Positions 1 to 9,692 of a DNA stretch of 64,000 nucleotides are shown here, piece after piece. The notes beneath the pieces are model-generated. The model was not told the origin of the DNA, searched no databases, and saw only the letters and a list, made by a program, of their open reading frames with translations. The stretch comes from a virus (lineage: Duplodnaviria > Caudoviricetes). Position 1 is the stretch's first letter. Each line of letters opens with the position of its first letter. Location: positions 224,001 to 288,000 of the IMG/VR virus record IMGVR_UViG_3300049988_000124. One strand, written 5' to 3'. The position numbers and the translations under genes were made by a program.

Positions 1-2
1 AC

Positions 3-902
3 GTTCTTGATCCATCTGGTGGATACGATACCGCCAAGTATAAGAACCGTAAGGGTAGACTGCCCATCACTCCGTCTGTTAAGAAAGCAGTGGAGGATGC
101 GGCGGCTGAGTTTGGAGTTAGCCCGGTTGAACTTGCTGGACTAATGTCTTACGAGAGCGTTGGTTCGTTCAATCCAACCAAAACTGGTGGAGACGGTGGA
201 CGATTCCAGGGCTTGTTCCAATTCGGTCCTGATGAGAGAAGAGAGTACGGGGTAAACAATCGAAGTAGTTCTGAAGAGCAGATCAGAGCGTTTGTCAAAT
301 TTGCCAAGAATCGTGGTTTCAGAAAGGGGATGCCCTGGACTGATCTCTATACCACGATCAACGCTGGTGCTCCTGTTGGTACCAAAACAAGGCGCGGTAC
401 GGTGTCCGTTCACTGGCGAGACAGTAATGGTAGCCAGCTGGATCACTACAACAACATCAGGAAGCATCACTTCGGTAATGCGGCTGCTTGGTTGGAAGGA
501 GCGGGATCTAATCCCAACGCTCAGAGTAATGCTCCCAGATCTAAACCTGGGGGTAGCACACCGGCTGCGGGTGGGGGTGCTTCCAGTACACCTGCTCCTA
601 AATCTCAATCAGCTCCTGCTCCCACTACGCCTAAGAAGCCTGCGGTAAAAGCTGCGCCGAAGAAAGTTGAACCCGCACATGACATGAATCAGTGGGGTAA
701 GGCACTTGCTTCTTCGATGGATAACCACAGTAAAGCACTTCGTGAGCATGGTGATTTGGTCTCGAAGAACAGCAGTGGTGGTACTCCGAAGCCAAACAGC
801 CCCACTGTGATCAGTCCCATCATCGTGGGTGGTCAGAAGGGTGGTGGTGAACATTGGGCCGCTGCCAGCATGAAGAAGTCGTTGCTGGTGACTGGTAAGT
901 AA
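3..902 (+). CDS. C-terminal part of a probable virion-associated lytic transglycosylase (SLT/lysozyme-like domain) protein, 5'-truncated by the window
   Basis: The frame is open from position 3 (VLDPSGGYDTAKYKNRKGRLPITPSVKKAVEDAAAEF...), so GTG at 90 is not the true start. It has the SLT-like motifs LAGLMSYES and FQGLFQF, then a Pro/Ala/Lys-rich linker. Confidence 0.7.
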   Translation, partial: VLDPSGGYDTAKYKNRKGRLPITPSVKKAVEDAAAEFGVSPVELAGLMSYESVGSFNPTKTGGDGGRFQGLFQFGPDERREYGVNNRSSSEEQIRAFVKFAKNRGFRKGMPWTDLYTTINAGAPVGTKTRRGTVSVHWRDSNGSQLDHYNNIRKHHFGNAAAWLEGAGSNPNAQSNAPRSKPGGSTPAAGGGASSTPAPKSQSAPAPTTPKKPAVKAAPKKVEPAHDMNQWGKALASSMDNHSKALREHGDLVSKNSSGGTPKPNSPTVISPIIVGGQKGGGEHWAAASMKKSLLVTGK

Positions 903-907
903 TTTCA

Positions 908-955
908 ACAAAAAAGAAACTAGAGTAGAGAGGAGGGCTAATGCCCTCCTCTCTA
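908..955. terminator. Bidirectional hairpin terminator with ACAAAAAAGAAAC element
   Basis: 13-bp perfect stem tagagaggagggc/gccctcctctcta (926-955) with loop taat, between convergent genes. ACAAAAAAGAAAC lies at 908-920. Confidence 0.8.
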
Positions 956-966
956 TTTTGTCTCTG

Positions 967-1434
967 TTAGTCGATGGTGGTGCAGGCGTTGATCATGGTG
1001 ACCATGGCGCTGTAGCGAGCGAGATTCGCTTCGGTGAAGCTGACCGTGATCATGCGGTTGCCGCGCTTGAACGACTTGCTCCACATGTACTGGTCGAACT
1101 GCATGCCGGTCTCGATCACCCAGCCGTTACCAACGGTGGTCTGAACCATCTCGCGACTGGGATCGCGAACTGCCTTCACGTACTGGATCAGCGTGCGACC
1201 GCCACGATTGTTCTCGGCCGAATAGCCGAGCGTGCCGCTGGAGGAGAAGAACGCAGTGCCGCCCGCGTCGGTCGATTCCTTGATCTGCTGCATGCCGACC
1301 GGATAGCAGGACTTGTAGCCGAACTGGTTGTTGGAGTAGAGTTTCCAGCCACCGGGCAGCTGGGCTGAGGCCATCGAACTGATGCCCATGGTGACCAGGG
1401 CAACGGCGAGCATAATACGAGCAATCTTGAACAT
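967..1434 (-). CDS. Secreted hypothetical protein
   Basis: 155 aa with a Sec signal peptide ending MASA|Q. RBS-like AAAGGA upstream. Confidence 0.75.
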   Translation of the reverse strand: MFKIARIMLAVALVTMGISSMASAQLPGGWKLYSNNQFGYKSCYPVGMQQIKESTDAGGTAFFSSSGTLGYSAENNRGGRTLIQYVKAVRDPSREMVQTTVGNGWVIETGMQFDQYMWSKSFKRGNRMITVSFTEANLARYSAMVTMINACTTID

Positions 1435-1492
1435 GTTACATCCTTTCTAAAAAGTGCTGATAGGAAGATTAGGGCAACCTCATATCAACTGT

Positions 1493-1517
1493 GTAATATG
1501 CATGTTCATTTTGTTGA
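1493..1517 (-). promoter_or_regulatory. Variant early promoter (CATATTAC with upstream TCAA)
   Basis: Plus strand gtaatatg at 1493-1500 and ttga at 1514-1517, the same spacing as the other copies. Points into ORF 967..1434. Confidence 0.55.
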
Positions 1518-1533
1518 TGTTGGTTATTTCATA

Positions 1534-1827
1534 CTACCGACTGTCTCGCAGATGAGCTCTACCCTTCTCAGTGAGTCGGTAAGTTGGCTTGGGTGGGTTG
1601 GATAGTAACAACTTGGAGACCTCGATATATCCATTTGCTTCTAGACGATCGAGTGTGAGCTTAACCCTACCAATTGAGGGGTCGGTTTCAAACGCGTGAT
1701 AGATTTCAGCAAAAGTACTGTTTAAAGTACTGTTTGGTACCCCGTTTAGAATCTCCAGCATCTTGAGAGTGAAACGATCGTTGGGAAAGAACATCTTCTT
1801 CCAAGCGGCTTTGAATTTACTGAGCAT
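1534..1827 (-). CDS. PadR-like winged-helix protein
   Basis: Pattern LKMLEIL...EIYHAF...LTLDRLEANGYIEV...PTYRLTEKGR is typical of PadR-type wHTH. ATG at 1827 overlaps the upstream stop. Confidence 0.6.
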   Translation of the reverse strand: MLSKFKAAWKKMFFPNDRFTLKMLEILNGVPNSTLNSTFAEIYHAFETDPSIGRVKLTLDRLEANGYIEVSKLLLSNPPKPTYRLTEKGRAHLRDSR

Positions 1828-2536
1828 GTTCTTTACCCTTTTTTTCGTAATACTCACGAATGAGCTTGGGTCTGGCAATCCAGCGCTCTACGTCTTGTGT
1901 TCGGTAGCCGAATAACCCTCCCATGATCCTGTATTTATCCTCATCAGAAACCTTCATAGAGGACACATTCTCGTAAAGAGGAATACGCCAACTCTCGTGG
2001 GGTAGATAAACATAGGCGTTCTGGTGACCGTGCATTTCCCTTTGTTGGTAAGTCAGACCGTGCTTCTTACAAAACTCCAATCTCGATGTCTTGGTACCGA
2101 TGATAGCGAAAGGCTTGAGACCTGCTACCATCAAGGTGAGTTCACGCATCGAATGAGGAAGTCCCCAGTGATGAGGTCCAGGAAGCGTGACCCCTCTGTT
2201 GATCTGGTCCTGCCACCAGGGTTCATACGCGATGTGTCCGTAAGGATCATCACTGTATGCCTCGTCGTAAGAGATCTCCTCAACGAGATCCCAGGGTGAG
2301 TAATCGTTAGGGTCAACCGTTACTCTACCATTAGGGTGGTAAGAATAAGACTTACTACCCTCGAAGATCGTACCATCGATTTGAAGCTTGCGGTCTCTAG
2401 ATCGTTCAATGGGAACTCTTTTGCCCTCATGATCCACGAGGATTACACCCATGGTCTTCATGGGATTATACTCTCGCACGAATATGGCATCACCCATCCG
2501 GTCGCGATAGTAATGATTGTTTTTCAACTCGAGCAT
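1817..2536 (-). CDS. Hypothetical protein
   Basis: 239 aa ORF overlapping neighbours in a tightly packed minus-strand unit. Confidence 0.7.
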   Translation of the reverse strand: MLELKNNHYYRDRMGDAIFVREYNPMKTMGVILVDHEGKRVPIERSRDRKLQIDGTIFEGSKSYSYHPNGRVTVDPNDYSPWDLVEEISYDEAYSDDPYGHIAYEPWWQDQINRGVTLPGPHHWGLPHSMRELTLMVAGLKPFAIIGTKTSRLEFCKKHGLTYQQREMHGHQNAYVYLPHESWRIPLYENVSSMKVSDEDKYRIMGGLFGYRTQDVERWIARPKLIREYYEKKGKEHAQ

Positions 2537-2925
2537 GGGTCTGCTCCTTCTTGTGGCATCTTGCTAAGATCAGCCCCGGCTTCTATTCCTGCTTCATCGA
2601 GTAGCTTATTCTCGTATTCGGGAACGAGAACAACTGCCGGAAAAGGACCATAAATCCGAACTTCACCGCCGGGGTTAATCCCAAGAGCACGACTAAGGAC
2701 CATAGCCTCATCGATGCTGTCAGCACGGATGTAGCAACCACCCAACCACTGGCTACCTTTTGGTCTGTTACCATCAGCGAAGCTCAGGTAGAAAGCATTG
2801 TCTTTGCTGAAGCCCCCTCTGGCGTTGAAGTCGGCCATGCCGATTTCTCGTGAAGCGGCGATCCTTGCCCTGACTTCATCGTCGGTGTAGGGAGATCCTG
2901 GCCATTGACGATTAGTATCTGTCAT
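2524..2925 (-). CDS. Hypothetical protein
   Basis: 133 aa with RBS (aaggaag) and operonic packing. Confidence 0.7.
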   Translation of the reverse strand: MTDTNRQWPGSPYTDDEVRARIAASREIGMADFNARGGFSKDNAFYLSFADGNRPKGSQWLGGCYIRADSIDEAMVLSRALGINPGGEVRIYGPFPAVVLVPEYENKLLDEAGIEAGADLSKMPQEGADPCSS

Positions 2926-2936
2926 CGTACGCTTCC

Positions 2937-3758
2937 TTATACAGAGCTGATCTGAACGTTACCGTAGAATCTACATGCAGAGAGATCGCTCATCATCTTA
3001 ACGTAGACGTCGCGGGAAACGGTTGCTTTCAGAACAACGTGAGTGGTCGAATTATCTTGACGATTGAGATGGATCATCCCGTGAATGGTGACCTCGTAGG
3101 AAGGATCCAATCCTATTTGACAATCCACCGATGTTACGAGACATGGACCGTTGCAGATCTCCTGCGCTTTCAGGATCACTGCATCGTAGTCGAGTTCTTC
3201 CATGTCCCAAGAAACTTCAAGGGGAACCTCTCTTGGAGCAGGTGGTGTATAGCCACGAGTGATCCCGGAAGTCATCATCGTAGCCAAGAAGGAGAATATG
3301 TCGTCGACATCTTCTTGCGGTTCATAACCGAGAAGATCAACTACGCGCTGATGATGTTCTTGCCACGCTTTGGGGATGATGTGGCGATGAACAACCATCC
3401 CTTCCGCGTGCGTCTTGGTGTGATCATAGTCGGCACATTCGAATGGTTTGAAATCATGGATGGCGCATTTACCCTCCACGAACCACCGACATACTCCGCG
3501 AGGATCGCTCGGAAAACAGTCGCCCGGCTCGTGGTTTACTACAGCTGGACTGAGGATCAACACCTTTGGCTCATCGCCACCATGGTAGTTACCATCTGGA
3601 CCAGCGAGGTCGACGTAATCCACCATGAGGTGATTGTCGAATAACTCCTTCTCCGTTAGACCAAGATGATCAGCGAGTGGTTTAATTTGGTCAGGGAGAA
3701 ACCACCCGGGCTTATACGAGCAAGCCGATTTACACACATCACACGAGCATTCAGACAT
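2937..3758 (-). CDS. YkgJ/UPF0153-like CxxCxxxC Fe-S or Zn cluster protein
   Basis: N-terminal CSCDVCKSAC plus CRWFVEGKCAIHDFKPFEC, matching the C.FL...C.IY..RP..C pattern of the family. Confidence 0.7.
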   Translation of the reverse strand: MSECSCDVCKSACSYKPGWFLPDQIKPLADHLGLTEKELFDNHLMVDYVDLAGPDGNYHGGDEPKVLILSPAVVNHEPGDCFPSDPRGVCRWFVEGKCAIHDFKPFECADYDHTKTHAEGMVVHRHIIPKAWQEHHQRVVDLLGYEPQEDVDDIFSFLATMMTSGITRGYTPPAPREVPLEVSWDMEELDYDAVILKAQEICNGPCLVTSVDCQIGLDPSYEVTIHGMIHLNRQDNSTTHVVLKATVSRDVYVKMMSDLSACRFYGNVQISSV

Positions 3759-3778
3759 GCGTTTCTCCTTTGTCTTTC

Positions 3779-4207
3779 TTAGACGCTATCACCGACCGCG
3801 TCTTTAGACTCAGTGTAAGTTGCTTGATGAGCGTGAGCTTTGAGCCAACTAGCGGCAAGAGAAAGAGGCATGGTCTCTGCGCGCGATGGGTAATCCAAGC
3901 CCCCTACCGGTAAACCAACACCGTTTAGTAGCCGCGCTGTTCGGTACGCATAGTTCAACTCTGGTACTAACCACGGTAGACCTTTACCCAGTAACATCGC
4001 TGCGTCAGTATAACCACCTACCTCACAGAGTTTGTAATAAGGATTATATTTGTTCAACCAGTCGGTGAGTTCATCAGAACCACCAAGAACGCGTTCTGGT
4101 TTTGGACCATGTAGTGCTTCAAAGGCGGTACGAAAATTATCAAGATTGTGACCGGTTTCTTTCTCCAGCATTTCAGCCGTGTTAAGAAGTAGCTGCGATC
4201 TCAACAT
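3779..4207 (-). CDS. Hypothetical protein
   Basis: 142 aa, abuts the phosphatase gene. Confidence 0.65.
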   Translation of the reverse strand: MLRSQLLLNTAEMLEKETGHNLDNFRTAFEALHGPKPERVLGGSDELTDWLNKYNPYYKLCEVGGYTDAAMLLGKGLPWLVPELNYAYRTARLLNGVGLPVGGLDYPSRAETMPLSLAASWLKAHAHQATYTESKDAVGDSV

Positions 4208-4208
4208 G

Positions 4209-4928
4209 TTACGTTCCTTTACTGGTTAAGAAGGCGTCGACGTCCCACATGGTCAGAGTACCGCCAAAGACCGCACCAGTGTCAATCCATGAACGATTAC
4301 CACAGGTGAACGGAACAGCGATGGGAGTGTGTCCATGAAAGACATGGTCGATGTTGGCTACTTCTGCAAACGTAGCCGGAGGATCTTTCTTCGTAGCAGC
4401 TTGCATGTCCATCAGTCTCTTGATGGTTTCACGCGACCATAAGGACAAGTCGTACACCCACACTTTGTGCAGCTGATGAACATGGTGATTCCAGTCTCGC
4501 CCACAATCAGCGTGAACAACACCGATTCTACGACCACCAGGTGTAGTGATGGTAAGTGCCACTGGTGCATCCTCGAACTTGGCTGCGATCTGCTCGATTT
4601 CTTCTCGAGGTAGTTTGGTGAACCAACTTCCGCCGAAGTTCTCGTTCGCCATTACTTTATCGATTTGTCTGTCCAAGTACATCCTGGGAGCGATGTCGTG
4701 GTTACCAAGAACACGGTAAACCCAAGGGTTGTCAATGAAGTCGATCATGGCCTCGCTGTTGGGACCACGATCAGCTAGATCCCCCACGAGAACGAGGACG
4801 TCATTACTCTCGTTGAAGTTCTGCTTAGCGAGCTCGTCGAGGAGCATCTGATACTCACCGTGAATGTCTCCTGCGACAAACACGCGAGTCTTGTGGGAGA
4901 AGTCGAGAATCACGTGCTTGTCGGTCAT
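4209..4928 (-). CDS. Ser/Thr protein phosphatase (metallophosphoesterase, lambda NinI/PphA-like)
   Basis: Motifs GDIHG, GDLADRGPNS, LGNHD, VHA, FHGHT and IDTGAVFGGTLT. Confidence 0.92.
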   Translation of the reverse strand: MTDKHVILDFSHKTRVFVAGDIHGEYQMLLDELAKQNFNESNDVLVLVGDLADRGPNSEAMIDFIDNPWVYRVLGNHDIAPRMYLDRQIDKVMANENFGGSWFTKLPREEIEQIAAKFEDAPVALTITTPGGRRIGVVHADCGRDWNHHVHQLHKVWVYDLSLWSRETIKRLMDMQAATKKDPPATFAEVANIDHVFHGHTPIAVPFTCGNRSWIDTGAVFGGTLTMWDVDAFLTSKGT

Positions 4929-4948
4929 GGATTATTCCTTGTCTAAAT

Positions 4949-5968
4949 CTAAAGGGCAAAGCCCATTGTGGGACGGACCTTGGTTTGTGGTCCTGATTGG
5001 AAGAGCTGAGAAAGAGTTCTGGATTCACCCGGATCAGCAATACCCGCAGCCGCCGCTGCGCGCGTTACCTCTCTGGCAGTAAGCTCTCGGAAGATCAACG
5101 TCTCAAAACACCTTCCGGGGCGAATGAGTGCTGGATCAACCTCGTTCAAGTTAGTAAGGTTAGCGGTGAAGATAATCTTCTTCTTGGTCTGGACCAGTCC
5201 GTCACTGGCATTCAAGAGCTTACCCATGACCTTGTTGCCGCCTTCCCTGTCACGCAGGATAATGTCGGCATCCTCTACGACGAGTAGGTCGTAAGGCTTG
5301 TTCATGAACTCGATGAAGAACTTGTCCTTCTTCATGAGGTCCTCATCATACGTTACGGCAGCGGACAGATCGTTGCGGTTGATGAGGTCGCGCACGAAAC
5401 TGGTCTTACCACAACCAGGATCACCGATCATGAGAAGAACGTTTGCCGTGGAATCCAGGAACTGACGTTGGAACTCTGCAACAGAGGGTTGGATCCAAGG
5501 AACGTACTCGTCCTTCATGTCGTAATTGTGCGAAAGTTCAACCGTGGTCTTGTCAGGCTTACCGTCAACCGCGTGATACCAGTCTACGCTGTTGGACTTA
5601 GTTCGGGGATGCTTTTCCTCAAGGATACGGTGAACGCGAACAACTTCATCTATCTCCCCGTAAAGAATAACACTACCGGTCCGCTTTATTTCTTTCAAGG
5701 CTGTCGGGTAAGCGTAAATACTGACGACCAGTTCACTGAACTTAATGGTCAAGAATTGGCTGGTCGGTACTGTCTGAAGTGGCTGTCTTCCAACCGCTTC
5801 TGCGATAGACTTCATCAAGGCTGGAATGTTACCGAAGAATTCGATACGAGCAACACCCCTGAAGAGAAGGTCGATACCCAACTCCTCGGCCATCTTGGTC
5901 TCGATAATCGTCGCGACGCCAGAAACAGTATTGTACTGAGCAACATGTGTAAGATCCTGGTACAGCAA
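4949..5968 (-). CDS. AAA+ ATPase, paralogue 1
   Basis: Walker A GDPGCGKT, Walker B LLVVEDAD, LLNASDGL, and ALIRPGRCF (SRH). C-terminus PTMGFAL. Confidence 0.9.
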   Translation of the reverse strand: MLYQDLTHVAQYNTVSGVATIIETKMAEELGIDLLFRGVARIEFFGNIPALMKSIAEAVGRQPLQTVPTSQFLTIKFSELVVSIYAYPTALKEIKRTGSVILYGEIDEVVRVHRILEEKHPRTKSNSVDWYHAVDGKPDKTTVELSHNYDMKDEYVPWIQPSVAEFQRQFLDSTANVLLMIGDPGCGKTSFVRDLINRNDLSAAVTYDEDLMKKDKFFIEFMNKPYDLLVVEDADIILRDREGGNKVMGKLLNASDGLVQTKKKIIFTANLTNLNEVDPALIRPGRCFETLIFRELTAREVTRAAAAAGIADPGESRTLSQLFQSGPQTKVRPTMGFAL

Positions 5969-6001
5969 TGATATTCTCCTTCAAGGTGATGAGGGTTAGG
6001 G

Positions 6002-7027
6002 TTAAAGAGCGAAGCCCATTGTGGTGGAAGGCTTCGTGGTCGGGCCAGTGGAGAAAAGACGCGACAAGGTCGTGCGCTCTTCTGGCTCGGGAAGATTCAT
6101 CTCCGCTGCTACTGCTTTTGCCTCAATGAGAGACAATTCACGAAACATCAATGTCTCGAAACAACGACCTGGCCTGATAAGGGCGGGGTCAATCTCATTG
6201 AGACTAGTGATGTTAGCCGTCATCACGATCTTCTTCTTGAGTGAGATAAGACCATCACTGACGTTGAGGAGCTTGTTCATGGTCTTATTACCTTGCGTGC
6301 GATCGCGCAGCAAGACGTCTGCATCCTCGAGTACCAGAAGGTCATTATGACCCGTGACAAAATCAGCGAAGAACTGATCCGTCGCCATCATGTTGTCATC
6401 GTAGGTAACCGTGGTTCCCAGCTTCTGGCTATGAATAAGGTGCCGGATAAAGGTGGTCTTTCCGGTACCAGGTTCACCGAGTAGGAGGAGTATGCTTGCA
6501 TCGCTATCGATGTAGGATTGGACAAACGACGCAATACCCTGACCAATCCACGGGTAGAAACTATCACGAGGAGTGTTCTTGACTTCGAGAAGCACTGTTT
6601 TGGTCATCATTCCACGCTCAGTCATGAACGACCAGTGAACGTAGGTGTCTTGCTGTCGTACGTGCTTTCCAAGACGATCGTGAATTTTCTCGATTGTCTC
6701 ATATTCACCGTAGAGAAACACATGTGTATCTCTGTTGAAAGAATGGAACATCTTTCCTTGATGATCGATCTTGATCACCAATTTATCAAAGACGATCAAG
6801 AAACCGTCAAAGAAAGGTTCAGTGCGGATTAGTTTACTATCAACGTAACCGCAGATGAGATCGACGAGATCTTTGTACGTACCCTTGATCATTATCTCGA
6901 TGGACGCTATGAACAACTTCTCTACGTTTTGATCACTCATGATTTCACTGGCACGCAGGAAAGCCTGAGACATTCCAACACTGTTGGAAATACTAAATGA
7001 TGATTGAATGTTGGTCTTCATGATCAA
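6002..7027 (-). CDS. AAA+ ATPase, paralogue 2
   Basis: Walker A GEPGTGKT, Walker B LLVLEDAD, LLNVSDGL, and ALIRPGRCF. C-terminus TTMGFAL. Confidence 0.9.
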   Translation of the reverse strand: MIMKTNIQSSFSISNSVGMSQAFLRASEIMSDQNVEKLFIASIEIMIKGTYKDLVDLICGYVDSKLIRTEPFFDGFLIVFDKLVIKIDHQGKMFHSFNRDTHVFLYGEYETIEKIHDRLGKHVRQQDTYVHWSFMTERGMMTKTVLLEVKNTPRDSFYPWIGQGIASFVQSYIDSDASILLLLGEPGTGKTTFIRHLIHSQKLGTTVTYDDNMMATDQFFADFVTGHNDLLVLEDADVLLRDRTQGNKTMNKLLNVSDGLISLKKKIVMTANITSLNEIDPALIRPGRCFETLMFRELSLIEAKAVAAEMNLPEPEERTTLSRLFSTGPTTKPSTTMGFAL

Positions 7028-7034
7028 TACTTCC

Positions 7035-7358
7035 TTATTGATAGCAGAAGCGACTCGTAAGGTCGCTGCGGTCTATTGCCTGCTCAGGTGGTTTATTCTT
7101 GTAGGTAACGGTGTTGATCTTGACCAAGATTTGTTTACCGACCGGGAGTTCTTCTGGACCACTCGGACAACGCTTACTACCTAGCCTTTGTTCAGGCCAG
7201 CGCTTTCCATCCTCGGTTTCTAGGGAAACCCAGAACCGGCGGCTGAGACCACGAGCATCCACGACGGTGGCATTCACATTGATAGTGCTGGTCACTTGTC
7301 CCAAGTCACACGCCGACAATGTACCAACTAACAAGCACAGTGCGATGAGTTTTTTCAC
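7035..7358 (-). CDS. Hypothetical lipoprotein
   Basis: GTG start at 7358 with RBS. Lipobox VGTLSA|C. Confidence 0.7.
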   Translation of the reverse strand: MKKLIALCLLVGTLSACDLGQVTSTINVNATVVDARGLSRRFWVSLETEDGKRWPEQRLGSKRCPSGPEELPVGKQILVKINTVTYKNKPPEQAIDRSDLTSRFCYQ

Positions 7359-7439
7359 GTTACTTCCCTCTGTCTCATTACTAATCAATCGGTATCACTA
7401 TCTGGGTCACGACCCAGATAGTGATGTGTTGGTGGAAAT

Positions 7440-7808
7440 CTACTGCTTCTCTAGCAACCGTTTGATGTCTGCTAGTTGTTGTTTGAGGTTCTCTTGTTCC
7501 TCGTGGGTCCATGCATCTTTGTTTACATCAAGGAGTTGTACCAGTCGCACCACAATGAGGGGCACGATTAGGAACACACTAATCCCTGCTGTAACGAGTG
7601 CATCAAGTCGCCCTAGAAAGGTCACCGGACTAATGTCACCGTAACCGATCGTCGTGCTGGTCACTCCTGCCCAGTAGAAACTCTCACCCCATCCTCTACC
7701 TTCTGCGTGGACAAAGACTGCCGCACTAGAACAAAGGAGTACGATGTAGTAGCAAGCTACTTCTAAAAGACTGTCAGTGGCTGAGCGAAGTTTACTTAAC
7801 ATCACCAA
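7440..7808 (-). CDS. Two-TM potassium channel (KcsA-like)
   Basis: TM1, pore helix ESFYWAGVT, selectivity filter TTIGYGD, SPVTFLGR, TM2 and a C-terminal coiled coil. Confidence 0.92.
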   Translation of the reverse strand: MVMLSKLRSATDSLLEVACYYIVLLCSSAAVFVHAEGRGWGESFYWAGVTSTTIGYGDISPVTFLGRLDALVTAGISVFLIVPLIVVRLVQLLDVNKDAWTHEEQENLKQQLADIKRLLEKQ

Positions 7809-8085
7809 TTACTTTACTACATTTGGGCTTACCGTTCTCGTCCAAACGAGGAGTAATACCGTTCGCAAAGTTGTAGACTTCACCTCCTCGAGAATATTGA
7901 TGACTCTCATTGGTGGTGACATATTCACAACCAGTGTTTTTATCACGAACAGTTTGAACAGAACTTGCAGAACCGCCGCTAGTGTATACGTAGTCGGACT
8001 GAACGTTGCTCTCTACCGCTTGCGAGTTTGTTTTCCCGCAAGCAGTGATCAGCAGTACAGTGGTCAATACTAAAAGCTTCTTCAT
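7792..8085 (-). CDS. Hypothetical lipoprotein
   Basis: MKKLLVLTTVLLITA|CG lipobox. The ATG at 8085 is 4 nt after the GSP synthase stop. Confidence 0.75.
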   Translation of the reverse strand: MKKLLVLTTVLLITACGKTNSQAVESNVQSDYVYTSGGSASSVQTVRDKNTGCEYVTTNESHQYSRGGEVYNFANGITPRLDENGKPKCSKVIGDVK

Positions 8086-8089
8086 GTCA

Positions 8090-9244
8090 CTAATCCTGAA
8101 TGATGTGGGGAACAAACTGGGCGGTGTTACCCGTCACCAGTCCGTCTTCTCGAATACCCATGCCAGCTGGTTCACCGTCGATGACCCAAGAACCAATAAC
8201 GGGATACTTCCCGTCAAACTCAGGTAGGTCAAAGAGGTCCTGGTAGACGTGCCCCTCGGTGCCGTAGTCACCGCCGGTCTGGCCAATTGTCTGACCATTC
8301 TTGACGATGGTAACGTTTGCACCCTCACGACTGAGGAAGGGCTTACAAGCGTAGTTAGCGCTCGTGGTACTACCAATGGTTGCTGGTAGGAGATACTCGT
8401 TACTGGGATCAAAGGTGTAGAGAAGAGCCAGGATCGCCTTGTTGCTCCAGAGCATCTTCCAGATAGGCTCTAGCCACGTCGTCCGGGGTAGCTCCGCAAT
8501 CGCCTGCCTACCGTAGGCTTCGTTGGCCATCCACTCCCACGGGTGGAGCTTGAAGATCTGGTCGATCGGGTAATCTTCCAGATCCACGAATCGTCCCTCA
8601 GCAGTAATGCCGATATCGTCTATGGCGATGGGGAGCGTGGTAAAGCCAGCCTTCTCCGCAGTATCGCGCATGTAGGCCATGGTGACGGTGTCTTCACCGG
8701 TCGGCTCGACGACGTTGCTGAAGTAGAGCGGCTTATTGGGATCAAGCGCTGTTCGCAGATCTCGCCACTTGCCCACGAGCTTGTCGTGGATGCTGTTGAA
8801 CTGATCGTGCTGCGGGAAGACCTGCTCTTTCCATCGCCACTGGATCACGCTGGCCTCTAGGAGACTGGTTGGTGTATCGCAGTTAAACTCAAAGAGCTTA
8901 GGCGTTCCATTGGGCGCAAAACCAAAGTCGAAGCGACCAAAGTTCAGCGCCGGTGGCTCCTCATTCCAGGTATCGCGAATGGCTTGCTGGACGTACTCAG
9001 GAATCCCGAAGCGGTCCATCCAATCGTAGTCCTTACGCTCATTGACGAGCGCATCGCCTACTCGGATGAACAGCTCATAAAGCTCAGCCGTAGCAGTCTC
9101 AATGCGATCGATCTCGGAGCGAGTAAAGCTGTAATAGATTCCCTCATTCCAATAAGGCTGATTGTTCAGCGTGTGCCAGACAAGACCGTCCTGCTCCACG
9201 AGCTGACGCCAGTTGGGCCTGGCTGCTACGGCTAGACGCTTCAT
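8090..9244 (-). CDS. Glutathionylspermidine synthase family ATP-grasp protein (YgiC/YjfC-like)
   Basis: PYWNE.IYY.F, GRFDF, PKLFEFNCDTPTSLLEAS, IFKLHPWEWM, LEPIWKMLWSNKAIL, KPFLSREGANV, YPVIGSWV and GIRED. Confidence 0.93.
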   Translation of the reverse strand: MKRLAVAARPNWRQLVEQDGLVWHTLNNQPYWNEGIYYSFTRSEIDRIETATAELYELFIRVGDALVNERKDYDWMDRFGIPEYVQQAIRDTWNEEPPALNFGRFDFGFAPNGTPKLFEFNCDTPTSLLEASVIQWRWKEQVFPQHDQFNSIHDKLVGKWRDLRTALDPNKPLYFSNVVEPTGEDTVTMAYMRDTAEKAGFTTLPIAIDDIGITAEGRFVDLEDYPIDQIFKLHPWEWMANEAYGRQAIAELPRTTWLEPIWKMLWSNKAILALLYTFDPSNEYLLPATIGSTTSANYACKPFLSREGANVTIVKNGQTIGQTGGDYGTEGHVYQDLFDLPEFDGKYPVIGSWVIDGEPAGMGIREDGLVTGNTAQFVPHIIQD

Positions 9245-9247
9245 GAA

Positions 9248-9649
9248 TTACGAACTCCCCGAGAAGCCCCCACGGGCACTGGAACCAAAACCACCCCGGC
9301 TGACAGCAGCGCTGCGCGTTACCGTGGTTGATGCCGGAGCACGGTAGTAACTGCGACCAGGTGTCTGGCGAAAGCCACCACCACCCCGGTAGCGAGCCTC
9401 GCGAACACTGTCGCCGTAGTAAGGGATCGGTCCCCCACGATTGACGTAGTAAGGATAAAAGGCCCCGTTGCCCCCGTAGCCACGTCGACAATTGCTGTCG
9501 TCCACGCGCCGTCCCTGTTTGTCAACACAGACCGCTGTGTCACGGTCAGCGAACTCCTGGACATCATAGTCAGAAGTTGGACCACAAGCAGCAGTGACGA
9601 ACGCTAGCGCCAATGCTCCTGTGATCTTCAGATCGAAATCTTTAGCCAC
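9248..9649 (-). CDS. DUF1190/YgiB-like lipoprotein with Gly/Arg-rich tail
   Basis: Lipobox VTAA|CG, a Cys pair, and C-terminus VSRGGFGSSARGGFSGS. Lies directly upstream of GSP synthase, as in ygiBC/yjfMC. Confidence 0.8.
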   Translation of the reverse strand: MAKDFDLKITGALALAFVTAACGPTSDYDVQEFADRDTAVCVDKQGRRVDDSNCRRGYGGNGAFYPYYVNRGGPIPYYGDSVREARYRGGGGFRQTPGRSYYRAPASTTVTRSAAVSRGGFGSSARGGFSGSS

Positions 9650-9692
9650 CCTGTTATTCTCCTTCGTGGGTGTTTACTGAGCCAGATAGGTT

